Shown here: positions 9,474 through 17,675 of the stretch, in pieces
Layout of the letters: every line of letters starts with the position of its first letter
How positions within the stretch are numbered: the stretch's first letter is position 1
Assembly: GCA_035703635.1 (NCBI GenBank)
Contig: DASSXV010000024.1
Coordinates: forward strand, 1-20,801
Source: Trueperaceae bacterium
GTDB lineage: Bacteria > Deinococcota > Deinococci > Deinococcales > Trueperaceae
Direction of reading: 5' to 3'
DNA length: 20,801 nt
Made by a program: the position numbers and the translations under genes
The notes under the pieces: generated by a model
Databases searched by the model: none
Told to the model about the DNA's origin: nothing
What the model saw: only the letters and a program-made list of their open reading frames with translations

Positions 9474-10145
9474 ATGCGAACGCTACGGAACTACCTGCTC
9501 ACCTGTGCCTGCGCCGCGCTCTCGACGGTGGCCGCCGCGCAGTACTACCCGTACGGGGCCGACCCAATCGGCACTGTCGGTGGCATCCTGAACGACCTGC
9601 AGGCCAGTCAGAACTACTACATGAACCAGATGGATCAGCTAGGGTTGCAGATCCAGGCGCAGTTGAACGAGTACAACAAGTACTTCATCGACCTCTACCG
9701 CACTACGACCGGGGACTTGACCTCACCCGACGCCTACGCGCTTCAGGGTGGGCAGATGATCCATTGCCAGCGCTACCCGGTCGACTGCCAGTTGGCCATG
9801 CAGGGCTCGCAGGCCGCTCAGGCTGCCCAGCAGAGTAGCTTCAACGCGTGGATGGCCGGGGTGCAACAGAAGGACGCGGCCAACGACGCCGCCTTCAGCG
9901 CGTGGATGCAGGGGCAAGCAGACCAGCAGGCTAGCCACGACGCGTACGTGCGCGGCGCCATCCTCGGAGTGAGCGAGTACGGCAACCCAGATACGGGAAC
10001 CGGCTACTACCTGCCGTTCGCGCCAGGGCAGGGCACCTACTACCAGACGCCAACCGGACTGCCCCTGGTGTTCGATCAGAGCAGAAACACTTGGTACCAA
10101 GTCGAGGTGGACGGCACATACACCCCCTACTACGAAGTCAAGTGA
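9474..10145 (+). CDS. Secreted Gln/Tyr-rich hypothetical protein
   Basis: GGAG/GAGG SD; signal peptide ending in VAAA-Q; 14 nt downstream of the previous gene. Confidence 0.8.
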   Translation: MRTLRNYLLTCACAALSTVAAAQYYPYGADPIGTVGGILNDLQASQNYYMNQMDQLGLQIQAQLNEYNKYFIDLYRTTTGDLTSPDAYALQGGQMIHCQRYPVDCQLAMQGSQAAQAAQQSSFNAWMAGVQQKDAANDAAFSAWMQGQADQQASHDAYVRGAILGVSEYGNPDTGTGYYLPFAPGQGTYYQTPTGLPLVFDQSRNTWYQVEVDGTYTPYYEVK

Positions 10146-10169
10146 CCCACTCATGTCACGTACCGCCGG

Positions 10170-12908
10170 CTAGGCGTCTGGTAGGAGGGCAGACGTAGTT
10201 GGGTGGGGCTCGAGCCCGACCTCGTCAAGCAAGAGGCTGCGGAAGCGCGCGTAGTGGCGCTGGGCCTCGCGGTTGCGACCTAGTTTGGCTAGCAGCGCGA
10301 GCAGCGCCCGCAGCGCCTCTTCGTGGAGTGGCTCGAGTTCAAGAACGCGCTTCAAGTAGCGTATGGCCGCCTCGTGTTCGCTCGGCGTCGAGGCGCTCTC
10401 GAGCGCGGCAGCGTGAAGGACCTCAATGACGTGTTCGTGCAGTGCGTTGCGCTCGTCTGCGACGGCCTGGACTTCGACGCCCGGCGCTAGCGGCCCGCGG
10501 TATAGCCCGAGCACTCGCTCGGCGTCACGCGCTTCGGTGGCGCTGCGTAACTCGTCGACGTCCGACTCGAAGTGCATGAGCCCGGCCTCGTTGAGGTAGG
10601 TCGCCACGCCCCAAGGCTCCAGCAGTTTGCGTAGCAAGTTCAATTGCACGCCCAGGTTATTGCGCTGCTTCTTGCCGTCCGCCTCTGGCCACATCGCCTC
10701 GGCCACCCCTTCACGGCTAACGTGGAGCGCGAGTAGCGTCATGAGTTCGCGCTGGCGATCGGTGAGCGCTACGGACTCCCCAAGGCGCGTAACGTTCACC
10801 GTGCCGAGGAGCCGCACCTCGAGCGGTGGGATCTCGTGCGCCCTCAACCGGATGGCGTCCTCCCAGCCGGACGCCAGCACTTCGTCAAGCGCGTACGCGC
10901 GCGCGAGTTCGGGGCGGTCACCTGGCAACGTGGACAGGGGAATGCCCGTATAAGTCAGCAACTGCTCGCTGCTGATGGCCAAGGCTAGCAGCTCGTCGAG
11001 GCGGGCTTGGCGGCGGTCGAGAACGTAGGCCGCTGCGTGCCAATGAAGGAGGAACTCCCGGTAGGCGTATGCTCCGCGCGTTTCTTCGAGGAGGGCGCGG
11101 GCGGTCGCAAGATCGCCGTTGTTGGCGTGAACCCACACGAGCTCGAGCTTGGTGAACGGGCCCACTTGCAGCGCAGGCTGAAGGCTCAAGGCGGTTCGCA
11201 GGTCGCCGGTGCGGCGCAGCGCGCGGAGCCACAGTGCGCTGGTGCGTTCACATAGTTCGAAGGCCTCCCAGCGGCGAGTGGCGGCGATGATGGCGGGGAA
11301 CGCCTCTAAGTCGCGTTCGAAGTACGCGAGCATGCCCCGGATCATGAGTTGCGCGTAGGCGTTGGCCCTCGTGGTGGCCTTGCGGAGGGCCGCCACGGCT
11401 TCCTCATCTGCGCCCGCGAGAGCGTAGCTCACGGCGAGGTTCTGGTGGAGGGTCACGTAAGCGGTGTCGTCGAGGTCGGGGTTCGCCGCGAGTTCCCGTT
11501 GGCCAGCGAGCGGCTCCTCCGAGTTGCCGTGCAGCTCCCACGCGATCAGGTAGAGGTTCCCGCGAACTTTCGTCTCTGCCAGCGTGCGCTCGATGCTGGG
11601 AGGAGCCTGCTTGGAGGCGGCCAGGCTCGCACGGAAGAGCCGCTCCGACTCGGCAAAGTCGCCGGTCACGAAGGAAAGGGCGCCGAGTTTCTGCAGTAGC
11701 AGCGCCGCGTCAGTCGGCGCCAGGTCGGGGAGCAAGGCTGCAGCCGCGCTCGTGAACGCCGCCACTTCGTCGAAGCGCCTGGCGGCGCCGAGGGCATAGA
11801 TGGCTGTGCCCGCCAGGCGCGCCCTCACGTCCTTAGCCAGACGAACATCGTTGACAAGGACGGCTGCGTCTGAGACCGTTTCATCGAAACGGTTGAGGTG
11901 TAGCCGCGCCATGGCGACGTGAGCCGCGCGCTCTGGCTCAGCGCTGGCCGGGGCGAGCTCATGCCAGCGTAAGAACGCTTCGGGCGCGTGCTGGTATAGG
12001 TCACCTTCGCCGCTAACGAGCAACTCGTGCAGGCCAGCTAGCTGGCTCGCGCGCTCGTACGCCGCTGCGCGCTGGCTGGGCGCAAGGCGCTTGGCTTGTT
12101 CGGCGAGGGTTGCGCGAACGTCGTTGGAATGGGCGTTCCTGACGCTCTCAGCTACCAGTGCGTGCAGTCGGTAGCCGTCCGCGAGGCTCTGGACGAAGCC
12201 GGACCTGGCGAGATCGCCTGTTGCTGCAACTGCCGCCTGGCGCGGGAGGTAATCGGCGGCGGCGAGGAAGAGCAGCTCGGTCCAGGCGCTGGCGCTGATG
12301 CTGCGCCTCACTCCCTCGAGCAAGCTGGCCTGCTGCGGCAGGTCGCCGGTCAGCGCAGCGAAGTGTAGTGGCAGCGACCAGCCGCGCGTGACGAGCCACG
12401 CCTCCTTCCCGCGGGTGGGGTCCTCGAAGAGCTGAACTGCCTCGTGCTCCTCGAAAGCCAGGTCGCTGCTCGTCAAGTGCACGAGCCGCCCTGCAGTGCG
12501 TAACTTCGGGAGTTCCGGGTAGGGAAGCGCTTGGCGGCTGGCGAGCAACACGAGCCCACGTGCCTGGGCTAGGAGGGGCCCGAGGTCCTCGTCGCCCTGG
12601 AGGTCCTCCAGAACCACTACCGTCTGGGCGCTCCACAGCTCGTCGTTGACGATCCCCCACGGGGCCGTCGCGGGCAGTGTGAGGCGTTGTGCTATGGCGC
12701 CGCGGGCGTCGCTGCCAGCTAGCGACAGCCACAGTACACGCCAGCCCTCACGCTCGAGAGTCTCCGCCCAGTGGCTGGCGAGCACGCTCTTGCCGTAACC
12801 GTACGGCGCTTCCAGCCACACGACGAAACCTGCCGCGTCTGGCAACTGCTCAAGCAGGCGCGGACGACGCAGGTAGTAAGGGCTCGCAGCCGGGCGGACG
12901 CTGAACAC
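10170..12908 (-). CDS. Large transcriptional activator: MalT-like N-terminal NTPase, TPR-like helices, C-terminal SARP-type wHTH + BTAD
   Basis: YLRRPRLL..LEAPYGYGKSVLA (Walker A), VVLEDL (Walker B), TRGWSLPL; C-terminal LEVRLLG..SREGVAEAMWPEAD..LNLLRKLL, LYRGPL, LELEPLHEEA, DEVGLEP. Confidence 0.85.
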   Translation of the reverse strand: MFSVRPAASPYYLRRPRLLEQLPDAAGFVVWLEAPYGYGKSVLASHWAETLEREGWRVLWLSLAGSDARGAIAQRLTLPATAPWGIVNDELWSAQTVVVLEDLQGDEDLGPLLAQARGLVLLASRQALPYPELPKLRTAGRLVHLTSSDLAFEEHEAVQLFEDPTRGKEAWLVTRGWSLPLHFAALTGDLPQQASLLEGVRRSISASAWTELLFLAAADYLPRQAAVAATGDLARSGFVQSLADGYRLHALVAESVRNAHSNDVRATLAEQAKRLAPSQRAAAYERASQLAGLHELLVSGEGDLYQHAPEAFLRWHELAPASAEPERAAHVAMARLHLNRFDETVSDAAVLVNDVRLAKDVRARLAGTAIYALGAARRFDEVAAFTSAAAALLPDLAPTDAALLLQKLGALSFVTGDFAESERLFRASLAASKQAPPSIERTLAETKVRGNLYLIAWELHGNSEEPLAGQRELAANPDLDDTAYVTLHQNLAVSYALAGADEEAVAALRKATTRANAYAQLMIRGMLAYFERDLEAFPAIIAATRRWEAFELCERTSALWLRALRRTGDLRTALSLQPALQVGPFTKLELVWVHANNGDLATARALLEETRGAYAYREFLLHWHAAAYVLDRRQARLDELLALAISSEQLLTYTGIPLSTLPGDRPELARAYALDEVLASGWEDAIRLRAHEIPPLEVRLLGTVNVTRLGESVALTDRQRELMTLLALHVSREGVAEAMWPEADGKKQRNNLGVQLNLLRKLLEPWGVATYLNEAGLMHFESDVDELRSATEARDAERVLGLYRGPLAPGVEVQAVADERNALHEHVIEVLHAAALESASTPSEHEAAIRYLKRVLELEPLHEEALRALLALLAKLGRNREAQRHYARFRSLLLDEVGLEPHPTTSALLPDA

Positions 12909-12978
12909 GCGAGATTCTTGCTCCTTAAGCTGTTGCCGCGAGTATACGGCGAGCTAAAGCGGTGCGCGGGGGCTGGCC

Positions 12979-13011
12979 TTAAGTCGGCGTTAAGTCGCTC
13001 GGATGTACGGT
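12979..13011 (+). promoter_or_regulatory. Activator-dependent promoter: TTAAGTC x2 (11-bp period), N9, then -10 TACGGT
   Basis: Perfect heptamer repeats at 12979 and 12990; same spacing as 8558-8590. Confidence 0.6.
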
Positions 13012-13035
13012 GCGCGGCATGGGAGCTGGCGGCAG

Positions 13036-13254
13036 GTGAACGAGGAGACGAGGGAGATGGGCCCCGCCGAACCAGCGTTGCTGTGCCTCGACGCGCTGAT
13101 GGAGCTGTGCCGCTCGCTCGAGGAGCAGGTCAGCAGCGGCACGGCGCCCTTGCGGGTTTACGGACTGTTGGCCGAGGCGCACCGCGAGCTGGAGATGCGT
13201 AGGGGTTTCGAGGGGATGACTGGCGGCGGTGCCAGTGGGGTGCGCTGCGGCTGA
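13036..13254 (+). CDS. Small hypothetical protein (about 72 aa), divergent from the activator
   Basis: Strong GC3 bias and helical-looking sequence. Start is uncertain (GTG 13036 or ATG 13057). Confidence 0.55.
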   Translation: MNEETREMGPAEPALLCLDALMELCRSLEEQVSSGTAPLRVYGLLAEAHRELEMRRGFEGMTGGGASGVRCG

Positions 13255-13278
13255 GGGTGGTTGCCGAACTGCTGCAAG

Positions 13279-13307
13279 TTGACCGTTGCGGGCGGCTCTG
13301 CTATCGT
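13279..13307 (+). promoter_or_regulatory. Sigma70-type promoter of the atuA-like operon
   Basis: TTGACC-N17-TATCGT with an extended -10 TG. Confidence 0.6.
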
Positions 13308-13317
13308 CGTGCAACAA

Positions 13318-13346
13318 CTGCTGTAAGATGTACAATCTTGCAACAG
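13318..13346. promoter_or_regulatory. Palindromic operator 1 (probable RpiR site)
   Basis: CTGCTGTAAGAT-GTACA-ATCTTGCAACAG, 10/12 inverted match; similar to 20370-20399. Confidence 0.6.
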
Positions 13347-13415
13347 AGCACTTCGAGGTGGGGACCCCTCTGTGAGAGAGCCAACTCCTCGACACGTTCG
13401 CGAGAGGACCGCACG

Positions 13416-14825
13416 ATGAGCAACAACGCCGGACCCACCCTGAGGTTCTTATGCCCGAACGGACACCTCGGCTTCGCACCCTTGAAAGTCGCGAGCTTCG
13501 AGCTGGGCGTCGCCACGCGGCCCGATTTCATACTGGCCGACTCCGGTTCTGACGACATCGGGCCGGGGCCCCTCGGAAGCGACACCTCGACGGCCCCGAA
13601 AGAATGGCAACGCCATGACCTCGAGCACATGCTGCTTGCCGCTCGCGAACTCGGCGTGCCGATGCTCATCGGCTCTGCCGGCGATACCGGCTCCAACAGC
13701 CGCGTCGACATGTACGTGCAGATGATCCGCGAGATCGCGGCAGATCACCAACTGGCACCGTTCAAACTCGGGTACTTCTACTCCGAAGTGCCCAAGTCTT
13801 ACCTGCGCCGCAAGATGACCTCGGGCGACGCCGTGACTGGCCTCGATGGCCGCGGCGACCTCACCCTAGAGGAGTTGGACGCCACTGACCGCATCGTCGC
13901 CGTTGCGGGCGTGCACCCGTACATCGAACTGCTTAACCGCGGCGCCGAGGTGATCATCGGCGGACGCAGCTCCGACGCGGTCATCTTCGCGGCGCCCGCC
14001 ATCCGCGCCGGCTACCCGGAGGACCTCTCCTACTACCTCGGCAAGGTGCTCGAGTGCGCGTCTTTCAACGCAGAGCCGTACGCAGGCAAGGAGAGCGTGA
14101 TCGGTGAGATCAGCGCCGAGGATGTGAAAGTCACCGCCATGCACCCTGGGCAGCGCTGCACCGTGGCGTCCGTGGCGGGGCACGCCATGTACGAGCGCTC
14201 CAACCCTTACTTCGAGTTCGTGGCGGGAGGCATGCTCGACATGACGAACTGCCACTACGAGCAGTTCGACGAGCGCACGACTCGCGTCACCGGCCCGCGC
14301 TTTGAGAAGGCAGAGAAGGTGCGCGTGAAGCTCGAGGGTTCGGGCAAGGTCGGCGAGCGCTATATGGGGTTCGCTGGCGTGCGCGACCCGTACACCATCG
14401 AGCGCATCGATGAGGTCATCGGCTGGGCGCAGCAGCAGGTGCGTGAACGCTTCGGCGACCCAGAAGACGGCGGCTACGAGCTTCACTACCAGGTGTACGG
14501 GCGGGACGCCATCATGGGCGAGATGGACCCGCTGCGCAGCCAGCCAGGGCATGAGCTCGGCATCATGGTCTTCGGCGTGGCGCCGACCGCGGCAATGGCC
14601 GAGGAGGTCACCCTCACCGGCACGCGCCAGATGTTCTACGCACGCCTCCCAGATGTCAAGGGCACGGCGGGCGGCGTGGCGTTCCCACTCGACGAGGTGA
14701 CACGCGTGACTCCTGCCTACCGTTGGACCCTAAACCACACCGTTGCGGTCGATGATCCCCTTGAACTCTTCGAGCTTCACACTACCGACGTGGCGGACGT
14801 TGTGGCGGGCGGTGCTGAGCGATGA
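13416..14825 (+). CDS. Acyclic terpene utilization AtuA family (DUF1446) protein
   Basis: PNGHLGF, DSGSDDIGP, PMLIGSAGDTG, IIGGRSSD, GKVLECAS, SVAGHAMYE, VKLEG, AGVRDP, PAYRWTLNH. GAGG SD before ATG 13416. Confidence 0.85.
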   Translation: MSNNAGPTLRFLCPNGHLGFAPLKVASFELGVATRPDFILADSGSDDIGPGPLGSDTSTAPKEWQRHDLEHMLLAARELGVPMLIGSAGDTGSNSRVDMYVQMIREIAADHQLAPFKLGYFYSEVPKSYLRRKMTSGDAVTGLDGRGDLTLEELDATDRIVAVAGVHPYIELLNRGAEVIIGGRSSDAVIFAAPAIRAGYPEDLSYYLGKVLECASFNAEPYAGKESVIGEISAEDVKVTAMHPGQRCTVASVAGHAMYERSNPYFEFVAGGMLDMTNCHYEQFDERTTRVTGPRFEKAEKVRVKLEGSGKVGERYMGFAGVRDPYTIERIDEVIGWAQQQVRERFGDPEDGGYELHYQVYGRDAIMGEMDPLRSQPGHELGIMVFGVAPTAAMAEEVTLTGTRQMFYARLPDVKGTAGGVAFPLDEVTRVTPAYRWTLNHTVAVDDPLELFELHTTDVADVVAGGAER

Positions 14826-15145
14826 GCAGCAAGAAGCTTTCGGAACTCGCCAAGACGGTGCGGAGCAAGAACGCGGGCGTTGACCGCATCACCTTCGACA
14901 TCTTGTTCCGCGACCGCGGTAACTACGAGCTCGTCAAGAACAGCGGCGTGCTCAGCCGCGCTTCGGTGGCGGCGCTATTCAACATCGACGCCAGCCGCAT
15001 TACGGACTTCGTGGAGTACGATCCCGCCTACGCCATCAAGTTCACCATCTTGCGCCTAAGGCCGAGCGGCAGCGCTGGCGACGCGGACATCTTCGGTGCA
15101 CAGCAGTACGCGCCGCTGCTCGACGTCGAGGTGCCAGTAGCCTGA
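14822..15145 (+). CDS. DUF4387 family protein
   Basis: LSELAKTVRSKNAG..ITFDILF, AIKFTI.R..SG..GDADIFGAQQYAPLL; ATGA overlap with the AtuA-like gene. Confidence 0.88.
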   Translation: MSSKKLSELAKTVRSKNAGVDRITFDILFRDRGNYELVKNSGVLSRASVAALFNIDASRITDFVEYDPAYAIKFTILRLRPSGSAGDADIFGAQQYAPLLDVEVPVA

Positions 15146-15169
15146 GCTTCGCCAGGTAGTCTTGGTGAT

Positions 15170-16030
15170 ATGAGCAGCGAGGAGCAGTCGCCGGAAGACC
15201 TGCAGGCGCGCCTTGACCGGGCTGCCGACCAGCTCACCCCGCAGGAGCTGCGCCTTGCCGCGCACTTGGTCGAGCAGCTGGAGCGGTGGGGTTACCTCTC
15301 AAGCACGGAGCTGGCGGCCGAACTCGGGGTACACCGTTCGACCGTCGTGCGCTTCGCGCAGAACATCGGCTTCAAGGGCTACCCGGAGCTGCAGGAGAGC
15401 GCCAGGGCCGAGTATCACAAGTCGTTCTCCGTGCCCCGCGAGCTCGTCATGAGCGACATGGGCGGCCCCGAGAGCTACACCGTTCAGGCCGTCTACCAGC
15501 GCGAGCTGCAGAACCTGCAACGGAGCTATCACCTCCTTGACATCGCCGCGCTCGAGGCGACGGCCAAGAGCTTAGCCTCGGCTAGGCGCGTGCTCCTGTT
15601 CGGCAGGCGTTTCTCTCACCCGATCGCCTTGCACTTGGCGTTGGTGCTGCGGACCATGCGTGACCGCGTCGAGGTCGCGCCGCCGCCAAGCGGTACGTCG
15701 GTTGACTTGCTCTTCGACTTGGGTCCGGAGGACTTCGTGCTCGTCGTGTCTCTGCGCCGGCACTCGACCGAGGTGCAGCGCACGCTCAGGTACTTGGCGG
15801 ACGCGGGCGTGCCAGTCGCGGTCCTGACGGACGCCAGCCCAGGCAACAATGGGCCGGAGGGCGCGAGCGTTTTGCGCGCCCACGTTGGCAGTACCGGCGT
15901 GCTGGACTCCTACACGGCGCTCGTCAGCCTCAGCCACGCGTTACTCACCCTCGCAGAGGCCGCGCTGCCCAACGCGCCAGCGCGCCTGGCGCAGGCGGAG
16001 AAGGCCTGGCAGCACTTCAACAAGGATTGA
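15170..16030 (+). CDS. MurR/RpiR family transcriptional regulator (HTH + SIS)
   Basis: LTPQELRLA, STELAAELGVHRSTVVRFAQNIGFKGYPELQ; SIS domain RVLLFG, DFVLVVS, VAVLTD. Confidence 0.9.
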   Translation: MSSEEQSPEDLQARLDRAADQLTPQELRLAAHLVEQLERWGYLSSTELAAELGVHRSTVVRFAQNIGFKGYPELQESARAEYHKSFSVPRELVMSDMGGPESYTVQAVYQRELQNLQRSYHLLDIAALEATAKSLASARRVLLFGRRFSHPIALHLALVLRTMRDRVEVAPPPSGTSVDLLFDLGPEDFVLVVSLRRHSTEVQRTLRYLADAGVPVAVLTDASPGNNGPEGASVLRAHVGSTGVLDSYTALVSLSHALLTLAEAALPNAPARLAQAEKAWQHFNKD

Positions 16031-16038
16031 GGCCGGGC

Positions 16039-16782
16039 TCAGGCTGGTTGGGCTGCGCGATAGTTCGCGGCAGCTTCGACGAAAGCGAGGAAGAGCTTGC
16101 GGAACGCCGGTTGCTCCTGGGTGAGCCACTCTGGATGGAACTGCGTGCCGATGCCAAAGCCGCGGTCGGCCTCGATCGCCTCGACCCACCCGTCTGTCGA
16201 GCGCGCCGTTACCCGCCAGTGGGGCGGCGGCTTGTCGACGACCTGGCGATGGAAGCTGTTGACCCGAACCGTTTCACCCACCCAGCCGGCGAGGGCGCTA
16301 CCAGGAGTGAGTTCCACGGCGTGCGTCGTGACCGTCGCTACTTCGGTCTGGTAGTGGTTAGCCGCGCCTGGAATTGCCCCGAGGTTACGCACGATGGTGC
16401 CCCCTAGAGCCTCTGCGACGGTCTGGTGGCCGCGGCAGATGCCGAGCAGCGGCATCCCGGCAGCCCACGCGGCGCGCACGAGGCTGACCTCCAGGTCGTA
16501 GCGTACCGGGTTGGTGTCACGCAGGCTCGGGTCGGGGTTGTCGTGGAAGTACTGGCCAGGCAGCCGGCCGCCGCCACTTAGTAGGAGGGCGTCTATGGCG
16601 CCGAGCACGTCCTCTAGCCTGCCGGACGAGTCTGGGTGCGTCGGGAGGAGCAGGGGCACGCCGCCAGCGTCGGCGACGGCCTTGGCGTAGCGCGCCGCTA
16701 GCTGGAAGCGCCACTCACCGTGTCCTTCTTCGGTCACCACCTCAGCGACGTGAACGGTTATCCCAATTACGGGTGCTCTCAT
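16039..16782 (-). CDS. Gamma-glutamyl-gamma-aminobutyrate hydrolase family (peptidase C26, PuuD-like)
   Basis: PVIGIT, AGGVPLLLP, LLLSGG, GICRGHQ (catalytic Cys), VNSFHRQ, QFHPE (His/Glu); ATGA overlap with the permease stop. Confidence 0.88.
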   Translation of the reverse strand: MRAPVIGITVHVAEVVTEEGHGEWRFQLAARYAKAVADAGGVPLLLPTHPDSSGRLEDVLGAIDALLLSGGGRLPGQYFHDNPDPSLRDTNPVRYDLEVSLVRAAWAAGMPLLGICRGHQTVAEALGGTIVRNLGAIPGAANHYQTEVATVTTHAVELTPGSALAGWVGETVRVNSFHRQVVDKPPPHWRVTARSTDGWVEAIEADRGFGIGTQFHPEWLTQEQPAFRKLFLAFVEAAANYRAAQPA

Positions 16783-17675
16783 GCGGCCTCCTCTGTGGTG
16801 CTCGTTACCGTTGCCGCCTTGCTGCGGTTCACGCGGCGGAAGCGTTGCCTGCTCTTGCTTCTCGGGTCGTAGATCTCCTGCAGGCGCTCGCCGAGCAGAT
16901 TGATGGCCAGGACGAGGATGAGGAGCGCGATGCCTGGGATGGTGCTCACCCACCAGGCGATGAACAGTACGCCCCTGCCGTCCGAGATCATCGAGCCCCA
17001 TGCCGGGATGTTGGGGGGAATGCCGACGCCGAGGAAGCTAAGCGACGCCTCCAACACCATGAAGTAGCCGACGCGCAGGGTGCCGAGCACCACCGTTGCC
17101 GGGAGGATGTTGGGGATGACCTCCCGGAACAGGGTTCGTGAATGGCGTTGGCCAAGCGCTCGTGACGCCTCGACGTACTCGCGCTCAGCCTGATCGAGGG
17201 TCTGCCCGCGCGCTAACCGGTAGAACTCGACCCAGCCTTTGAGGGAGAGGGCCATCACGAGGTTAGCGAAACCGGGGCCAAGGAAGGCCATCATGCCGAT
17301 GGCGAAAATCAGGTAGGGGAAGGCAAGCAGAAGTTCGGTGAAGCGGCCGACCACGGCGTCGAAGGCACCGCGGTAGTAACCGCCGAGGGCGCCGAGCACC
17401 GTGCCGAAGGTGGCTGTGATGGCCACGGTGACCACGCCGATCAGGAGACTGACGCGGGCGCCGTAGATGGTCCGCGAGAGGATGTCGCGCCCCAGCGAGT
17501 CGGTGCCGAACCAGTGTTGCGCGGAGGGAGGTTGCAGGCGCTGGCCGAGCGAGGTTGCCTCTGGGCCGTACGGTGCGATGAGGGGCGCGAAGATGGCCAT
17601 GAGCACGTACAGCGTGATGACAGCAGCACTGACGCTCCCCAGCGGAGTCGCGATGAGCTGCTTCACCCGCTTCAC
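16779..17675 (-). CDS. Peptide/nickel ABC permease (DppC/OppC-like)
   Basis: HWFGTDSLGRDILSRTIYGARVSL, EYVEASRALG, EASLSFLGVG, WGSMI; GTGA overlap with the upstream permease stop. Confidence 0.92.
   Translation of the reverse strand: MKRVKQLIATPLGSVSAAVITLYVLMAIFAPLIAPYGPEATSLGQRLQPPSAQHWFGTDSLGRDILSRTIYGARVSLLIGVVTVAITATFGTVLGALGGYYRGAFDAVVGRFTELLLAFPYLIFAIGMMAFLGPGFANLVMALSLKGWVEFYRLARGQTLDQAEREYVEASRALGQRHSRTLFREVIPNILPATVVLGTLRVGYFMVLEASLSFLGVGIPPNIPAWGSMISDGRGVLFIAWWVSTIPGIALLILVLAINLLGERLQEIYDPRSKSRQRFRRVNRSKAATVTSTTEEAA

Noticed and set aside
12960-13017. Direct repeat CGGTGCGCGG at 12960 and 13008
   Set aside because: GC-rich 10-mer in GC-rich DNA and absent from the sister promoter; likely chance.
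13257-13415. N-terminal extension of the AtuA-like ORF
   Set aside because: The region holds the promoter and operator; the SD supports ATG 13416.
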